Shown: positions 30,149 through 45,891, numbered from the stretch's first letter. The stretch: DNA of 64,000 bases from Blastocystis sp. Blastoise (GCA_039096225.1 JBBPEB010000030.1:682001-746000), one strand, 5' to 3'. Made by a program: numbers and translations. The notes: generated from the sequence alone by a model not told the origin.

Positions 30149-30462
30149 AATTTTTATTATTTTTAATGCATTAAAAATTTTTTTTTAAATGTGTGAAAAT
30201 GAATGGGTTTATGGAAAAAGTGTTCTTTTAATATTAATAAATATGTACTACATTGTTTTATGTTAGTATTAAATTAATGAATATAGTTAATAATATAATG
30301 ATAATCCTTATATAAAGAATTCTATTTTGGTATGGATATTCACTTATATATATTACAATAATAATATATATGAATCAAAATACATAAAAAGACTTTCACA
30401 TTTATTTTAAAGTTTTAATACTAAAGCCTTTTATAAACAATAGATAGATACTACAAGACTAC

Positions 30463-33400
30463 TTATATTTGAATATATTTCATGATGATTTGATTGGCTA
30501 CTTCATTTGATCCGCTTTCTCTGTATAATAATGATAAGTTATATGCAGCTTCTGTGACAGGTGTATACGTATTCCAAATAGTAATATAATCAGTAGGAAT
30601 TGGTTGAGATTGATCTTCTATTTCTAAGACTTTATGATAATATTGCATAGCTATGTCATACTGATGTAACTAGAAACATATATTATATTATGAATATTAT
30701 ATAAATTATATTATGAATACTATATAAATTATATTATGAATACTATATAAATTATATTATGAGACAACAAAATAATCATACTTGATGATAAACACGTGCA
30801 TTATTATAATAGCATTCCATTCTCCATAATTCTTGAGGTAATTTGAGTAGATCTTGAGAAGTATGTTTATATTCTATATAATCATTCATATTAAGATGAT
30901 AAGATTTCTTTGAAGATATTTTTGTAGTCAAAAGAGAAGTATCCTTAGTTAATGCAGTAGTATCATTTGAAATATCATTATTTTTAATAGTTGATGTATT
31001 CTCATGGTTATTTGATTGATTTGAAAGAGATGTAGATTTAGATAGAGTAGGATATTCAGGAAGAAGAGGAATTGAATTTATATCTATATTAAGATCTATT
31101 GAAGAATTATTATTATCTTTATTATTACTATTATTATTATTACTATTATTATTATTAACCAAATTATTATTATTATCATTATTAACCAAATTATTATTAT
31201 TATTATTAATCAAAGGAATAGAGTGAGATATAGATTGTTGAAGAGAAGTTGAGACATCAATTGGATCTGTTAATAGATCTGTTATAACACGATATTCTTC
31301 TTCTTCTTCTTCTTCTGAATGTATTTGGTTTTCAGGGTCTTCATTTTCTTCTTTTTCTTCTTGTGTAGATTGCAAACTAGAAGGAATAGAAGAAATATTA
31401 TCATTATTTTTAGTTAATACTCTTGTTTTACTACTATCATTATTATTAGATTGTACATTTATATGATTATTATGATCTTCTCTTTCTTTATTCATATCCA
31501 TATCCATATCTATGTCTATATCCATACTATTTCTTTGAAGATCTATAGTTTTAAGATCATCAAGAAGAGGAAGGAGACGAATGGCTTGTTTTTGACGGAG
31601 ATATGTATATTCTTGTAAGAGAGACAAACAATGAACACAATAGACATTGGAATAACTATGTATAATATATAAAATTAAATTATTTAAAATAATTCTTTGA
31701 ATAAAAAGATATAATGAATTAATTATGAATGAATAGAGTTAGAGGATCTATGAATAAACTATAATAATAATCATAATAATATAAATACTGATTAGACTTT
31801 GAAAGAAGGAAATTGAGTATATGTATAAAATAGCAGAATAAAGGGAATGGTTCATTAGGAAGAGAAGCCATAGCATATTGACAATGTTGTTCTGCTCTAA
31901 GGGAATGACGAGATATAAATAAAGACGCTCTTGCTAATGATAATTTAGCCCTAAAAATAAGAAAGAAATATATGCGTGAATATAAATACATTAAGGAATT
32001 GAATAAAAATAAATAAAGTATGATAAATAAAAAGAGAATAACTAGATATTTTATAATAATAGAGTATGGAAATAATATAATTGTAGATATAAGATTAAAT
32101 AATATAGAATTTGTAGATATAAGATTAAATAATATATAATAAATTATTCAATATAAATATACATATATTTTTGATTAGGTTTAGCTCTGGCGATAACTCT
32201 ATAGAGAAGTATACGTTGTTCATAAGATAGAAATGGAGTAAGTAAGCTAGTTAAGGTATATAAGGAAGAGAAGTCGAAATATTGTTGAATAGAAGTAACT
32301 GAAGAATAACGTTTGGATAGAGAGGAAGGAAGAGGAAGAGATGTAGTTATTGAAGGAATATCTCTATTAGCAGACTCATTATTTGTTATATTTGTTATTT
32401 TATTTAAAGTTGAATCTGAAAGAATGGCTGTTGAAGATGAAGAAGGATCGTTAGCATTAGTGAAATATGTGTGTGTCATTATATGGCGAATAGCTGTCAT
32501 TGCTTCTTCATATTGACCAATCATAACTGAATAATAATAGAGATGAAGATATAGAGATCGAGAGAAGAAATAAGATGTAAACTATATATTAATATTTCTA
32601 TAGATATAGAATATGTTATATTTAGAAATAATGGTATGATTTGGATATATATAAAAAGACTAATAAAGAATATATTGATAGAAAAGAGGAGAATAGAAAG
32701 GTAAAATACTGAATATTTGCTAACCACTTGTTTAAGAAGAAACATGGAGAATTCAGGGTGATTCAATAACGAATGAAACTAGATGAATAAAAATAATAAT
32801 GGATAAATTATTATAAAAAAGAAAAAGAAAGAGAGGAATAAAGGATATAGGAATTTAGGAATAGAAAAACAGAATAATATAGAAATAAATGATATAGGAA
32901 TTTAGGATTAGAAAAACAGAATAATATAGGAATAAATGATATAGGAATTTAGGAATAGAAAAACAGAATAATATAGGAATAAAATAATATAGATAATAAT
33001 ATGGAATAATATACTTTGCAGACATTAATAATAATACGATAGAGTTTCTTTTGAGTTATTTGTAATGTGATATCTAGCATGTGACAGAGTTGATATACAT
33101 GCTGACGATGGATTGAATCCGATGACGCATAGGGGAGAGGTAAAACAGCTATGAATAGAAATTATAGTATATTTATAATATATAATATATAATGAATAAT
33201 ATATATATATATATAATATGTATACGTTCTTGAATAATACACCTTAAGATAGTATCCATTGTGTCTAGATATTTGACTCCTTCTCCTTCTATATCTTCTG
33301 TATTCACATACTTATCAACATCATCAATAAGAATATGTAATTTCTCTAATTGTTGCATGTTTAGCTATAAATATTTGTTATATACGTCATAAATAAATAT

Positions 33401-36090
33401 ATGTGAATATTAAATTTATAAAAATGAACATATAAAAACAATGAATATATATATATATACTTCTTGTTCTAATTTAGAAAGAGGTCGTGGAATTGATTTG
33501 ATCTATATATTTATATATTATAATTATTATGAATAATAGAATAGAATAATAAACACAGTACATTTCGTTTTTTGGATCCCCCAGCATATCGTTGAAGTGT
33601 TTCAACAGCTTTTAACGTTTGTCCCGTTCGTTCATATAATTCGGACAATGAGAAAGCAATACTTACACGATATTCCAAAGATAATAATGTAGATGGATAC
33701 TATAGAGAATAATCCTATTATAGTATATTATATTATATATATATACATTAATAACTGTTTCATATTGTCGAATAGCATCATAATAGAGATTCATATTTGT
33801 ATAACACTTGGCAACAACACAATATAACTATATAATAATATATTTTATAATAAGATACTAATAATAATAGATATATATATACATAAGGAGTTTTATATTC
33901 TTGTTTTGTCATAAGTAATTTGAATGCTTTAATTGCTTCTTCGTAATCACCCATATCTGCAAGAGACTATAGGAAGAAGAATAAGTGTAATAATAATAAT
34001 AAATAGAATAATAATAAATATAAAATAAATATAAAATAAATATAATAAATATAATAAATATAAAATAAAATATAATAAATATAATAAAAAAATATAATAC
34101 TTGAGCAACTTCTAGAATTAAATCAGAATAAAATTCAGTTTCTTGGTCAAATAATAAATTAAAACAATTCATTGCCTATAAAAACGTATAATAATCCGAT
34201 ATATAATTAAAATATATTTCTATATATTATTATTTTATGATATTTTCTATTATATTGAATCTAATGCAATAATATTAAACACATATATATATACTACTTC
34301 TTTTTCTCCTGTGTGTAATTTGGATATACCATAAACTACGGCTAGATCAATGGGCAGAGGACGATTTAATAAATCACTGCATTTCTCAATAAGTGTAATA
34401 CAGGACTCGAAATTACCTTGTTTACAATAACTAATATATATATTTATAAGAATAGTATAGTCAAAATATAGAATAATTATAGAATAATAATAAAATATAT
34501 ATACCAGTCTGCTAGTGAATTAACAACTTTTAATAATAAATTCAGTTGACTTTCTAGAGTATCACGTGTACTATCCCCTTCTAAGCATGTGCCTAAATCT
34601 TGATTGATTTGATCTACAAATATATATTTATATGCATTTTATATATATTAATGAAGAATAGCAATATTATTATATACATATTAATATATAATAATAAATA
34701 GTATATTAATGAATAAAAATAACTATTTTATACATATTAATATATAATAATAAATAGTATATTAATGAATAAAAATAACTATTTTATACATATTAATATA
34801 TAATAATAAATAGTATATTAATGAATAACAATAACTATATACATATTGATTTGAGAACAGTGGCCATTCTCTCTTGAAAGATCGAAAGGACATTTAATAC
34901 TCCTCCAGTGAGTTTCGCTTGTTTATATAACGAGAGAAGAATCGTATAATCAGTAGGACACAAGGATGTCAATACTAATAGATCATTCATACACTATATA
35001 TATATAGAGAGAGAGAGATAAATATGCAGTGGTCATGTAATATTGATATAATATATGAATAATGATAATAACATATATTTATATACTTTTTCATGATATC
35101 CTAATTTAGAATATAATACTGCGCGTTCTTGAAGAATAGAGATATTTTTATTATTATTTTTAAGAAGATGTTTATAGGCTTCTAATTCACGTTTTGATTG
35201 GTCCAATTGATGAGATAAAGAAGCTACTTGTGACCATAAATATTCATCCTATATATAAATATATAATTATTATGTATTGTGATCATTCAATATAATTATG
35301 AACATAATAAATAAACTAGTATATACATTATTCGATAATGTTGCAGCTATATAATAACATTCAAGACTATTTGAATAATTCTTTTCACTTTCATAAATAA
35401 GACCTAAAGTCTGGTAAACACCAAAAATCAAGGAAATATGTGAAAAAAAATAATAATAAATTGAAATATAATATTATAAATATAAATAATATTATAATAA
35501 ATATAAATAATAGAATAATATAAATAATATAATATAAATATAAATATAAAATAATAAACTGAATAATGATAAAAAAACAACGAAAAATAATAGATATATA
35601 TGTTCCACTAAAAGAAGGAGTTTCTTTAACAATTTCACTAAGTAAATGTTTAGCCTATATAAATCAATAAAAAAAATATATTATATTTATATAAAACAAA
35701 ATTTACTCTTGCAAAATCTTTCATAACATAAGATTTCTGTGCTTCACCATAGACAGCTTGTAAATGTAATGAAAGTTGAGATTCTAATAAACAAAATAAC
35801 ATAAAAAAAGAATAAAATTATGGTAAAACACATTAAATAGAGAGAATAACAATACGAGGTGTTTTAGATTTCTTTTGTTTTTGCTTTTCCATTCGTCTTG
35901 ATTGAACAAACTGTTCAACACCAAGACCAAAATGATTAATTGTTTGTTCAGAACCATTTCCAAGATTCTTTTCATTGTTTAATAGCTATACATAATTCAT
36001 TATCATAACTTATTATAAGAATACATCTTTATCAATTGAATTCACAACAATCAAATTCACTTCTTCGTCCGATAATTCAGATTCAGTCAT
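30463..36090 (-). CDS. GTF3C3: TFIIIC TPR subunit (Tfc4/GTF3C3); about 18 exons
   Basis: TPR repeats (TYQTLGLIYE, LPIDLAVVYGI), MECYYNNARVYHQL and C-terminal EAAYNLSLLYRESGSNEVANQIIMKYIQI typical of GTF3C3/Tfc4. Confidence 0.85.
32844..32985. repeat. Intronic minisatellite, about 47-nt unit x3
   Basis: GATATAGGAATTTAGGAATAGAAAAACAGAATAATATAG repeated three times. Confidence 0.85.
34673..34830. repeat. Intronic minisatellite, about 57-58-nt unit x3
   Basis: TACATATTAATATATAATAATAAATAGTATATTAATGAATAA repeated three times. Confidence 0.85.
35414..35597 (-). other. U12-type AT-AC intron (GTF3C3)
   Basis: Minus strand GGA ACA TAT|ATATCT...TTCCTTGAT TTTTGGTGTTTAC|CAG ACT TTA. Consensus U12 branch; restores the TPR motif GTYQTLGLIY. 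Confidence 0.88.
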
Positions 36091-36551
36091 ATTTCAGTAA
36101 AGAGAACGTCTGTAAATAAAATAAAATACTTGATGAATAGATCTTGAATAGTTTCAGTTGTTTTTTATTTAAAATATTTTCTGTTTTCTTTTTTCTAACA
36201 AAAACGAATCATTAAGTATTTGATACATAACAAAACAAGAGTAATTTCATCAATAATGGTACACGAATTATCACATTTCATTAAGAGAATAAGATACTAT
36301 AAAAAAAACGTAATGGAATTAATTCAAAATAGTAAACAAATAAATACTAACATTTAATAAAATAGGAAATCTACATATATTTATTATTATTATTTACAAA
36401 TAAATATTTTGAGAAAAAGGAAAAAAGAGACATATAAAAGTTTAAAAAAAAATAATAGATATATAAAAGTGGAAAAGTATGTAGATAAAAATTTCAAAAG
36501 ATAAATAAGAACTAACTAAAAAGAATGCAAATAGTGTATAGTAAATCTATA

Positions 36552-37117
36552 TTAAAAATTTGTCAATTGTGTTTGAAGATGAACTTGAAGACAACCCAAA
36601 AATGAAGAACAAAACTTACAAGTATTACATCTACAGACACTTCGATGATGGAAGAACTATATATATAAAGATAGTAATAAAAGAAGATATAGATATAGAT
36701 TCAAAAGAACATACAAATTTCATTAAATTACAATGTTTAACAGAACATTTAGCTTTTTTACAAGTAGAAACATGCATTAAAAAGTCTGATAGTTTTGTTC
36801 TTGATTCAGGAGTAAGTGATTTCCATTTTCGACAAGGACAAGTAGAATGCTCACCACATTTTACAGTATGTAATAACAATAAATATATTTTTGATATCGA
36901 AAGAATGAATTTCTTTTCAAGATTCGAAGTCTGCATCGCTTTGTCAACTAGAAATAATTATTATTATAGATTTATAAGTAGAGAGATGAATGTATTTTGA
37001 TCAACTTACGAGGTGTTTCGATCTCTTTTCTATTCAATAACTCATCCCAACATTTTTGAATGTCTTGTTTATTTTCTATAACAGGTAATTGAGACCAATT
37101 CATACGGCAAACTTGTG
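36552..37117 (-). CDS. Small TAZ-type zinc-finger protein; 3 exons (start uncertain)
   Basis: Spliced LLLHTVKC...CPC...LMHVSTCKKAKCSVKHC...FFHHRSVCRCNTCKFC fits the triple H-x3-C-xn-C-xn-C TAZ pattern. Confidence 0.65.
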
Positions 37118-37940
37118 TGCAATTCATTAATAAAGAAGGATTTTATATATTATGTATAAAATAAAAATAAATAAATGAGAGAAGAGACAATATAAAATAA
37201 AAGACGTGAACTACCATCATAACTGACTTCTTCATTTTATTATTTTTATCCTCATCAGGTTTTACGCTTAAAAACCAGTTTTTAATATATACAGTTTTGG
37301 GATCTAATAATCAGAAACACATATTTTTAGTATCCGAGAATCTATTTTTTTCCAGAAACTGACTATTCATATCTTATGCTGTTTCTAGTAAATAGCATGG
37401 TTTTATACTGTAGGATCATTTATAGTGTATAGTAAAAAAGATATGTAAAAAGAATGTGATAAAAAAAAAGAGGTATTTTTGTGAATTGAATGTCATTACT
37501 ATGAATCGTTTAATAATAAACGTAACAAAAATTTTCAAGTTGTATGAAATTAAAAAAAAATAAAAGAAACAAAACATGTGTTTAAAAATATGTTACATTA
37601 ACATATAATATAATAAATGTTTTAAGTTTATAATTTACCATAATAAAATACATATACGTCGTTAACAAAACGGAACCCTAGCGTTTCTTAGAGATATACA
37701 AAAAAGAGAATATTTTATAGATATATATATATATATGTATTTAAAAAAGTGACAACGCAATACGAAGAAGGGAATGGAAAAAAGAATTTAAATTCTTTAA
37801 AAATGCCAATAGGAAAATAATAGTCAATATATATGTATATAGAAAATAAGATGATAATAGTATAAAAACTGTAAAATAAATAAATATAAATTAAAAAAAG
37901 GATAATTATTATAGTAAAAGAGTTCGTTAGATGATTATGA

Positions 37941-39253
37941 TTATAATAAATAACGAGGTGTTTGAGAAGAAGGAGTAATACGTACTTCTTCATCTGTTTG
38001 TTCCCATACTGTAAATTGACTTTCTTCAACAGGAGCAGCACCATTCTCGATCTTTAATATAGAAGCTTTATTTCCTGAACGATAACAATAATTAGGGCAA
38101 GACCAAACCTATATATATATATAATATAAATACTTAGTTATAATCATGGAATAGTTTTAATTTATAATAAATAGATATATATATATATCATAATTATAAT
38201 ATATATTGAAGTATGGATATTAAGAAAAATATATTAAAATAAAATAAATCTATATAATAATAAAATAAATAATAACTTACTGTACAGACATTTCTATGTT
38301 CAAAGAAGAATTGGAATCCTTCCATAGCAACTTGATGAGCACGACAAACTAAATTAAATCCATTTACTTGATTAAATTCATCTGTTACTTCATCACCAAA
38401 AATCCAACCAGCACCTCTGGGATTACGCTTAAAACTATTATATATAGATAATTATAATGATGTATAAGAAATAATATATAAAATAAAATATATATAAAAT
38501 AATATAAAAATAAAAATAAAAATATATATAAAATAAAATAAAATAAAATAAAATAAAATAAAAATAAAAATAAAATAAAATAAAATAAAATAAAATAAAA
38601 AAAAAAAAAATAAAATCAACCCTAATAATAATAGCATACTCATGAATATCTTCTTCTGGATCTGCCCATAATAAATTAGCATACATACCTTCAGTAGGTA
38701 CTTCTTTAAATCTATCTATAGTTTCTATTTTATCAACATATTTTATATCAGGAGCTAAACCACCATGTACACAGAATATCTTTTGATCAACTATAGCAGC
38801 TATACTTAAATAATCAAAACATTCCATAATATATTTCCAAGCATTTGTACTACCATATTTTTGAATACATTCATCATAAAAACCATAAGTCTTTGTAATT
38901 TGTCTTGCTTCATGATTACCACGTAATAAAACCATTCTATCAGGATATCTAGCCTTTAAACATAATAATAATTGAACTGTCTCTACAGAAAAATAACCTC
39001 TATCGACGTAATCACCCATAAAAACATATTTTGTCTCAGGAACCTTACCACCTAACTTGAATAATTTCAATAAATCATAAAATTGTCCATGAATATCACC
39101 ACAAATAGTAGCAGGAGTAGAAACATGAACAACGTTAGGCTCTTCAATACAAATCTCACGAATCTTTTCACATAAACAAATCAATTCGAATTCTTCAAGA
39201 GGAATCTTCTTATATAACTTGTCTATACAACTATCAAGATCGAAATCACTCAT
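37941..39253 (-). CDS. Ser/Thr protein phosphatase, PP2A-like family, most similar to PP6/Sit4 catalytic subunit; 3 exons
   Basis: [35 protein letters not shown] motifs; C-terminus TPRYLL. Confidence 0.92.
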
Positions 39254-39713
39254 TTTTATATTATCTATAAACTCTATGGATAATGAACTATATACTTTCT
39301 ATAAAAATCTAAATTTTTTTCCTAAAAAGATGAATTTAGTAGAATTTCTCATTAAATAATTACGACTTTTTTGTTTTTTCTAGTTATTATCTTATTATTC
39401 CCAAAAGAAAATCTTGAACAATGATTCCATTCTTTATTTGTATTACATGATGATATTTATACAATTTCTTCAATAATTGAACATCTCCTAAAATGACTTA
39501 CGTGTAATCACGGTTATCTCGCATTTTTGGCTTGTTTTTTAAATCACCATTTCAACATACCCGTCATTTTTTTGCCTCTTTTTTTGTTTGTTGTCTTCGA
39601 GTTTAATTTAAACTCTTTTCAAGAGCTTTTTTGTCTCAGTTATTAAAAGATTCAAATTTATACATTCTTTCCAAAGATATTTTCATAAGAATCTCTTCAG
39701 ATCTGCTTGTTTA

Positions 39714-40378
<665 letters not shown>

Positions 40379-40747
40379 TGATTTTCATTTGAATACTATT
40401 TTTTTTCTATTTTCTTTTTTCATTTTTCTCTTTCTATAGTTACTCTATGCTATTCTATTTTTTTTTTAATTTTATTTTTTTAAAACATATTCTTTCTGCT
40501 ATTCTATTTATTTTTGATCACTTTTTTGGCATTTTTTACATAATTTTCTTATTTTTTTTTTGTTTGATTTATATTATTGACTTGATTATAGTTTTGTATT
40601 GGTTGCATATTTTATTCTAATATTCAAATACTATCGAATTTGAGTTTTAATGAAAATAAACTATAAATACAATCAAAAAAACAAAATATGCTATTCTTCA
40701 CGGATATCTCATTTTTAATAACGAAAAAATTAAATTAGTATTTTTAA

Positions 40748-41915
40748 ATGTTTATAGTAGGAATTCTGTTTATTTGTTTGTTATTACCTTATTCTGTTAT
40801 GTCTACTCCTCTTATTGTTCCTTCAGACTTAAATAAAACCATTAACTTAGTTGTTTTTGATATGGATTTGACCATTCTTAAAAGCCATTCAAGGGGTTAT
40901 GTAACTTATAAACCTACACCGTATGTAAAAAGCTATGATCCATATATTAACATACTTCTTATCTATTATAGAGAATTTTTTAGTACTGAAGACATTGATA
41001 GTTTGATTACAGACACATTCAAGGAACTAGTCCCCAAGTTGATTGATCAGAATATTCTTATTGGTATTGCTACATATTCTGATCGTGATATGGGAAGTCA
41101 ACAACCAAAAGTTGGAATAGGTAAGAAAATATACTCTATTTATAAGTTTTATCTCATATATTTTTATTGAATTTATATTTAATTTCTATGAGACATATGT
41201 ATAGCTGGTGAAGAATTAGTAAAAGAAGTTGTAAAACATGCATTTCCTAGTAATTATCAAGATATTATGAAAAAGATATTTATTGCCGCTTGGATTCCAA
41301 ATGAACAGATATCATTCCATTATGGAAAGAATAATCATATAGCTAGAATTTGGATGAGGATTAAAGCTGAACAACAGAATATTAAAATGGCACCAGAAGA
41401 TTCTAATGAATTCCTACAGAGTATTCGCTATTATGACAGTATATAGTTAGACTTATTTTTATTATTATATATATTAAAAAAAATTTATCTTACTATTTAT
41501 TATTTTTTATTATTATGTCTTTATATTTATTAATATTATTTTATTATATTATTTTATATATTATCTATTATTTGTGTTTATGAATACATTATAAAATATA
41601 CTTATACTATTATTTACTCCACGTTTAGATGATTTATGGCAACATAGTGGTATATCCTACCAAGAAATGGAAATAATGAAGAAATCAACTATTCTTATTG
41701 ATGATGATCGAAATAATATATGTACAGATTATTGTTTCTTATTTATATTACTATTATAATAATCATTTATAGAATATACATTAATTAATATATATATATA
41801 TATATATATAGATCATGCTGAGAATCATGGCTATCGTGTAATTCACGCATGCGGAGACTCTGGAATGACACATGATAATTGGAACACATTCATTTCTCAA
41901 GAAAAATATAAATAA
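40748..41915 (+). CDS. Secreted HAD-superfamily phosphatase-like protein; 5 exons
   Basis: Signal peptide; VVFDMDLT (motif I), IATYS (II), GKNNH (III), LIDDD (IV). Confidence 0.75.
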
Positions 41916-41927
41916 TATCTATATATC

Positions 41928-41958
<31 letters not shown>

Positions 41959-42618
41959 TATACTATCAACTTCTTATATTTGACTTTCTTTTACTAGTTA
42001 TTAGTATTAATAATACTAATAGTATTGGTTTATTTATCATAGTTGTTTTTTTAATAATTTTTCTTATTTATTTTCAAACTTTTTTTCTCTTTTATATTTT
42101 TATGTTGACAGCTTTTTTATAATTCAAAAATATATTCTTCGTTTTTTACTTATAGGATACTATAAAGAATAAAATACATTTCTATTAAGTTTTTCCTTTG
42201 TATTTTCTTTTGATATATACATATATATATATATATTTTCTATTTTGCTTTGTTAATTCTATAAAGATCAATAAGTATAAAATATATTTGTTTTTTTAAT
42301 TATAATATTATTTCTATATAATGAGTTTTAAAAAATACATTTGTATTTCATAATTTCATGTAACAAAAAAAAAAAGAAATATTAATGATATAAAAAAAAT
42401 AGTGAAATAATAATATCATTTCTATTTCATAAGGGAAGCATAGAATATATATATATTGATTGAGTTTCATAAAAATAGAATACAAAGAAATATTGTTACA
42501 AAATAAAATAATTTGAATTCGTTATGTTACATAGAATAAATACTGGTACAAGTAGACATATATATACAGAAAATATTGAATAAAAAATATATATATTATT
42601 CAATAAATATATAATTAT

Positions 42619-44353
42619 TTATGGGCAAACAAGGATACGAAGCATGTTAGTAGCTCCAGAATGTGCTTCTACCATTCCGTGAATAGCTACTACAATATCT
42701 CCTGTATTCAACATCTTCATCTGCTTACAATTCAAGATAGCACGCATAATTATACTCTCTGTACTCATCATACTCTCAATCTATATATATGTATATTGTT
42801 ATTTAAATTTTAGATATATATAAAAATATGATATAAACTATTGTTTAATTTATTAAATATATAAATTTTGGATATATATAAAAATATGAATATAAACTAT
42901 TGTTTAATTTATTAAATATATAAACTTTATATATATAATTATATAAATAAAGTATTAAAAATGTATATAAACACTATTATATATATATATATATATATAC
43001 AGATCTACACACGGTACCCCGAATGACTCCTGATATTTGACGCGCTGTTTGTTTACTTTCAGCGAGAACATAAATAGGAAGACGAGGACGATATTTAGCT
43101 ACCTATAATATAATAGATTATATATTATTATATTATATTATGTTATATAAATAATAAAAAAAAATTAGAATATGGAAAACATAGCCTAAAGAATAACAAT
43201 ATAAAAATGTAGATAAAATGAAACCTTTCGAATAGAATTATAATTATAGGTTATTCAATAATAATACTAAATAATACTAAATTGTTCTATATATATATAC
43301 TTGTCTAGCTGTACTACCAGTAGAAGTAAGAACAATAATAAGTTTAGCATTAACATCAATAGATGCCTTTACTGCAGAAGAAGCAATAGATTCAGGAACT
43401 GTCATACTTGTCTGGTAAGTTAACACAGATTCACGAATTTTCTATTTAGAATATGTTTATTATAATTATATTAAGAATCATAATTAGGGTTATGATATTT
43501 ATAAATTCTCATAATAATAATAATACTATTAAAATATATCATGGTAATTAATAGAAAACTAATGATGATCATTAAAAGTAATATTCAGAATAATGAATAG
43601 TAATATATATACTTTTAACATATTAACAAATATAGATTATAATATAATATAATATATATATATATATATACATTAAATTCATAATCTGGTTCAATAAGTT
43701 GTTCGGCAGTGACACAAATTCTACTCATTATATTAACAGCTTCAATTGGATACATACCATTAGCACTTTCTCCTGATAACATCACACAATCTGTACCATC
43801 TAACACAGCGTTAGCAACATCTGTACATTCAGCACGTGTTGGTCTGCAAGAAATAGAAATAGAAATAGAAATATTATTATGATATACAATTAAAGAATTC
43901 TCATAATAAATATATATATATAATAAATAAAATAATAATAATAATAATAAAAACATAATAAATAGATACCTAGGTTTTGAAATCATAGAATCTAACATTT
44001 GCGTAGCAGTAATAACATATTTACCATATACATTACATAAATGAATAATCTTCTTCTGAGCTAAAAAGACTTTCTCGGGAGGCATTTCCATACCTAAATC
44101 GCCTCTAGCGACCATGATACCATCCGCCTTTTGTAGGATTTCTTCAATATTCTTTAATCCTTCTTCATTCTCTATCTTCGCAATTATCTGAATATTTCTT
44201 AATCTTCTTCCCAAGCATGCTCTAATCTCATCAATATTCGATCCACGACGAACAAAAGAGGCAGCTATATAATCAACCTCATGGCTTAATGGCCATTGAC
44301 TTATATCATGCTTATCCTAAATATACATTTATTATTATATTATATATTATATA

Positions 44354-44397
<44 letters not shown>

Positions 44398-44776
44398 ATA
44401 AAAAATGTTTATAATTCTATAGTTTATAAAGTATATAGCAAATAGATTTATATCAAATAACAAAAAATGTTTCACTGTTAATCAAAGTATAATGAAGATA
44501 AAAGATTATATATATATATATGCTTTTTCAGTTAGAGTAGGTAGAGTGACAATAACACCGGGAAGGTTCATGTTTTTAGTTTCACCGATTGTAGCGCTAT
44601 TCATAGCTTTACACTTTATAGAACTAGGAATATATAGAATAGTATAATATAGAGAAAATATTAAGACTTGAATTTATATAAATAGAATAAGAAATACAAG
44701 TATAATAAAAAACTAATATAAAATAGTAGTTAATGTTTACGATAACAAAATAATAAATAAATGATGAACTCTACAA

Positions 44777-44858
<82 letters not shown>

Positions 44859-45664
44859 TTCCCCAATTTCAGTAACAATAAAAGTAAGATCGCCATCAGC
44901 TACAAATATCTTTTGACCTACTTTAACGGAAGTAGGAAGATCCATATAAGTACAAGAAAGATGAGTAGCATCTCCTTTTAACTATTTATTAGTAATAGAT
45001 ATATATAAGATATTTAAATTCGTATAAATATATATAAAATATAAAATAAAAAATATATATATATAATATAAATTTTATATATATAATATAAACTAATATA
45101 ATAAGAATAGATATATAAACTAATATATACACTATAATCAGTTGTAATTTCAACAATAGAGTCTTTGATGATATTTACGGGTTTGCCATCAACTAAGTAT
45201 CCAGTTCTGATTTCTGGACCTTTATCATCAAGCATGACAGCTACCTACATAATAAGAAACAATAGTATCATTCAGTACTTCAACAAGGAGCAATAATAAA
45301 ATCATACATGTTTTCCAGGTCTCTTTTGAAGAGCCATTTGAAGATTTCGATACATTAAATCATGAGTCTAGAGAAAAAAAAATCATAAATAAACTCATAG
45401 ATTATGAGAAGAAATGAATTTCAAAAAAGAATACTAAATACCTCAAATGTTCCATGAGAAAAATTAAAACGAGCTACATTCATGCCTGCATCGATCAATT
45501 GTCCAATCTTATCTACATCATTCGTAGCAGGTCCAAGTGTGCAAATGATCTTTGTCTTACGAAGAGAGGGATCTACAGGTTCATCAATTAATTCCCAACT
45601 ATTGAAGAAATGAGCAGATCAAGTGTGATACGTACGTGATATTCTCGTTATTGCATGCTAACAT
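42619..45664 (-). CDS. PYK: Pyruvate kinase; 11 exons
   Basis: [61 protein letters not shown]. Confidence 0.97.
44317..44523 (-). other. GC-AG intron (pyruvate kinase)
   Basis: ACT GAA AAA|GCATATAT...TTTAG|GAT AAG restores the conserved LPTLTEKD. Confidence 0.85.
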
Positions 45665-45891
45665 TCTTATTTCTTTTATAAAACTCTTTTTTAGTTATTT
45701 AATTCATAAAAAACAAATACCAAAACAATAAAGAAAAGATCCACTAATCAACCGACATTTTCAGAAATTTTAAAGATATCCCTATAGATTCATCAAATTT
45801 CATGATTATCAGAATAGACAGTTTTACTGAATGAAATAACATCCCAATCACTGCATTTCTTCTTTTTATAAATTTAGAAAAAATAAAAAGA

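Noticed and set aside
30078-30463. tRNA gene next to the TFIIIC subunit gene as an autoregulatory unit
   Set aside because: They are convergent and adjacent only at their 3' ends; this is plausible by chance in a compact genome.
36560-37000. 146-aa plus-strand ORF
   Set aside because: Antisense shadow of the TAZ gene, with a TTG start and no recognisable motif.
37240-37435. Possible ncRNA: U3 box A-like TACTGTAGGATCATTTATAG, a 9-bp hairpin, and CTGATGAG on the minus strand
   Set aside because: No downstream U3 B/C/D boxes and no hammerhead stem II or GAAA. An Rfam search would be needed to support it.
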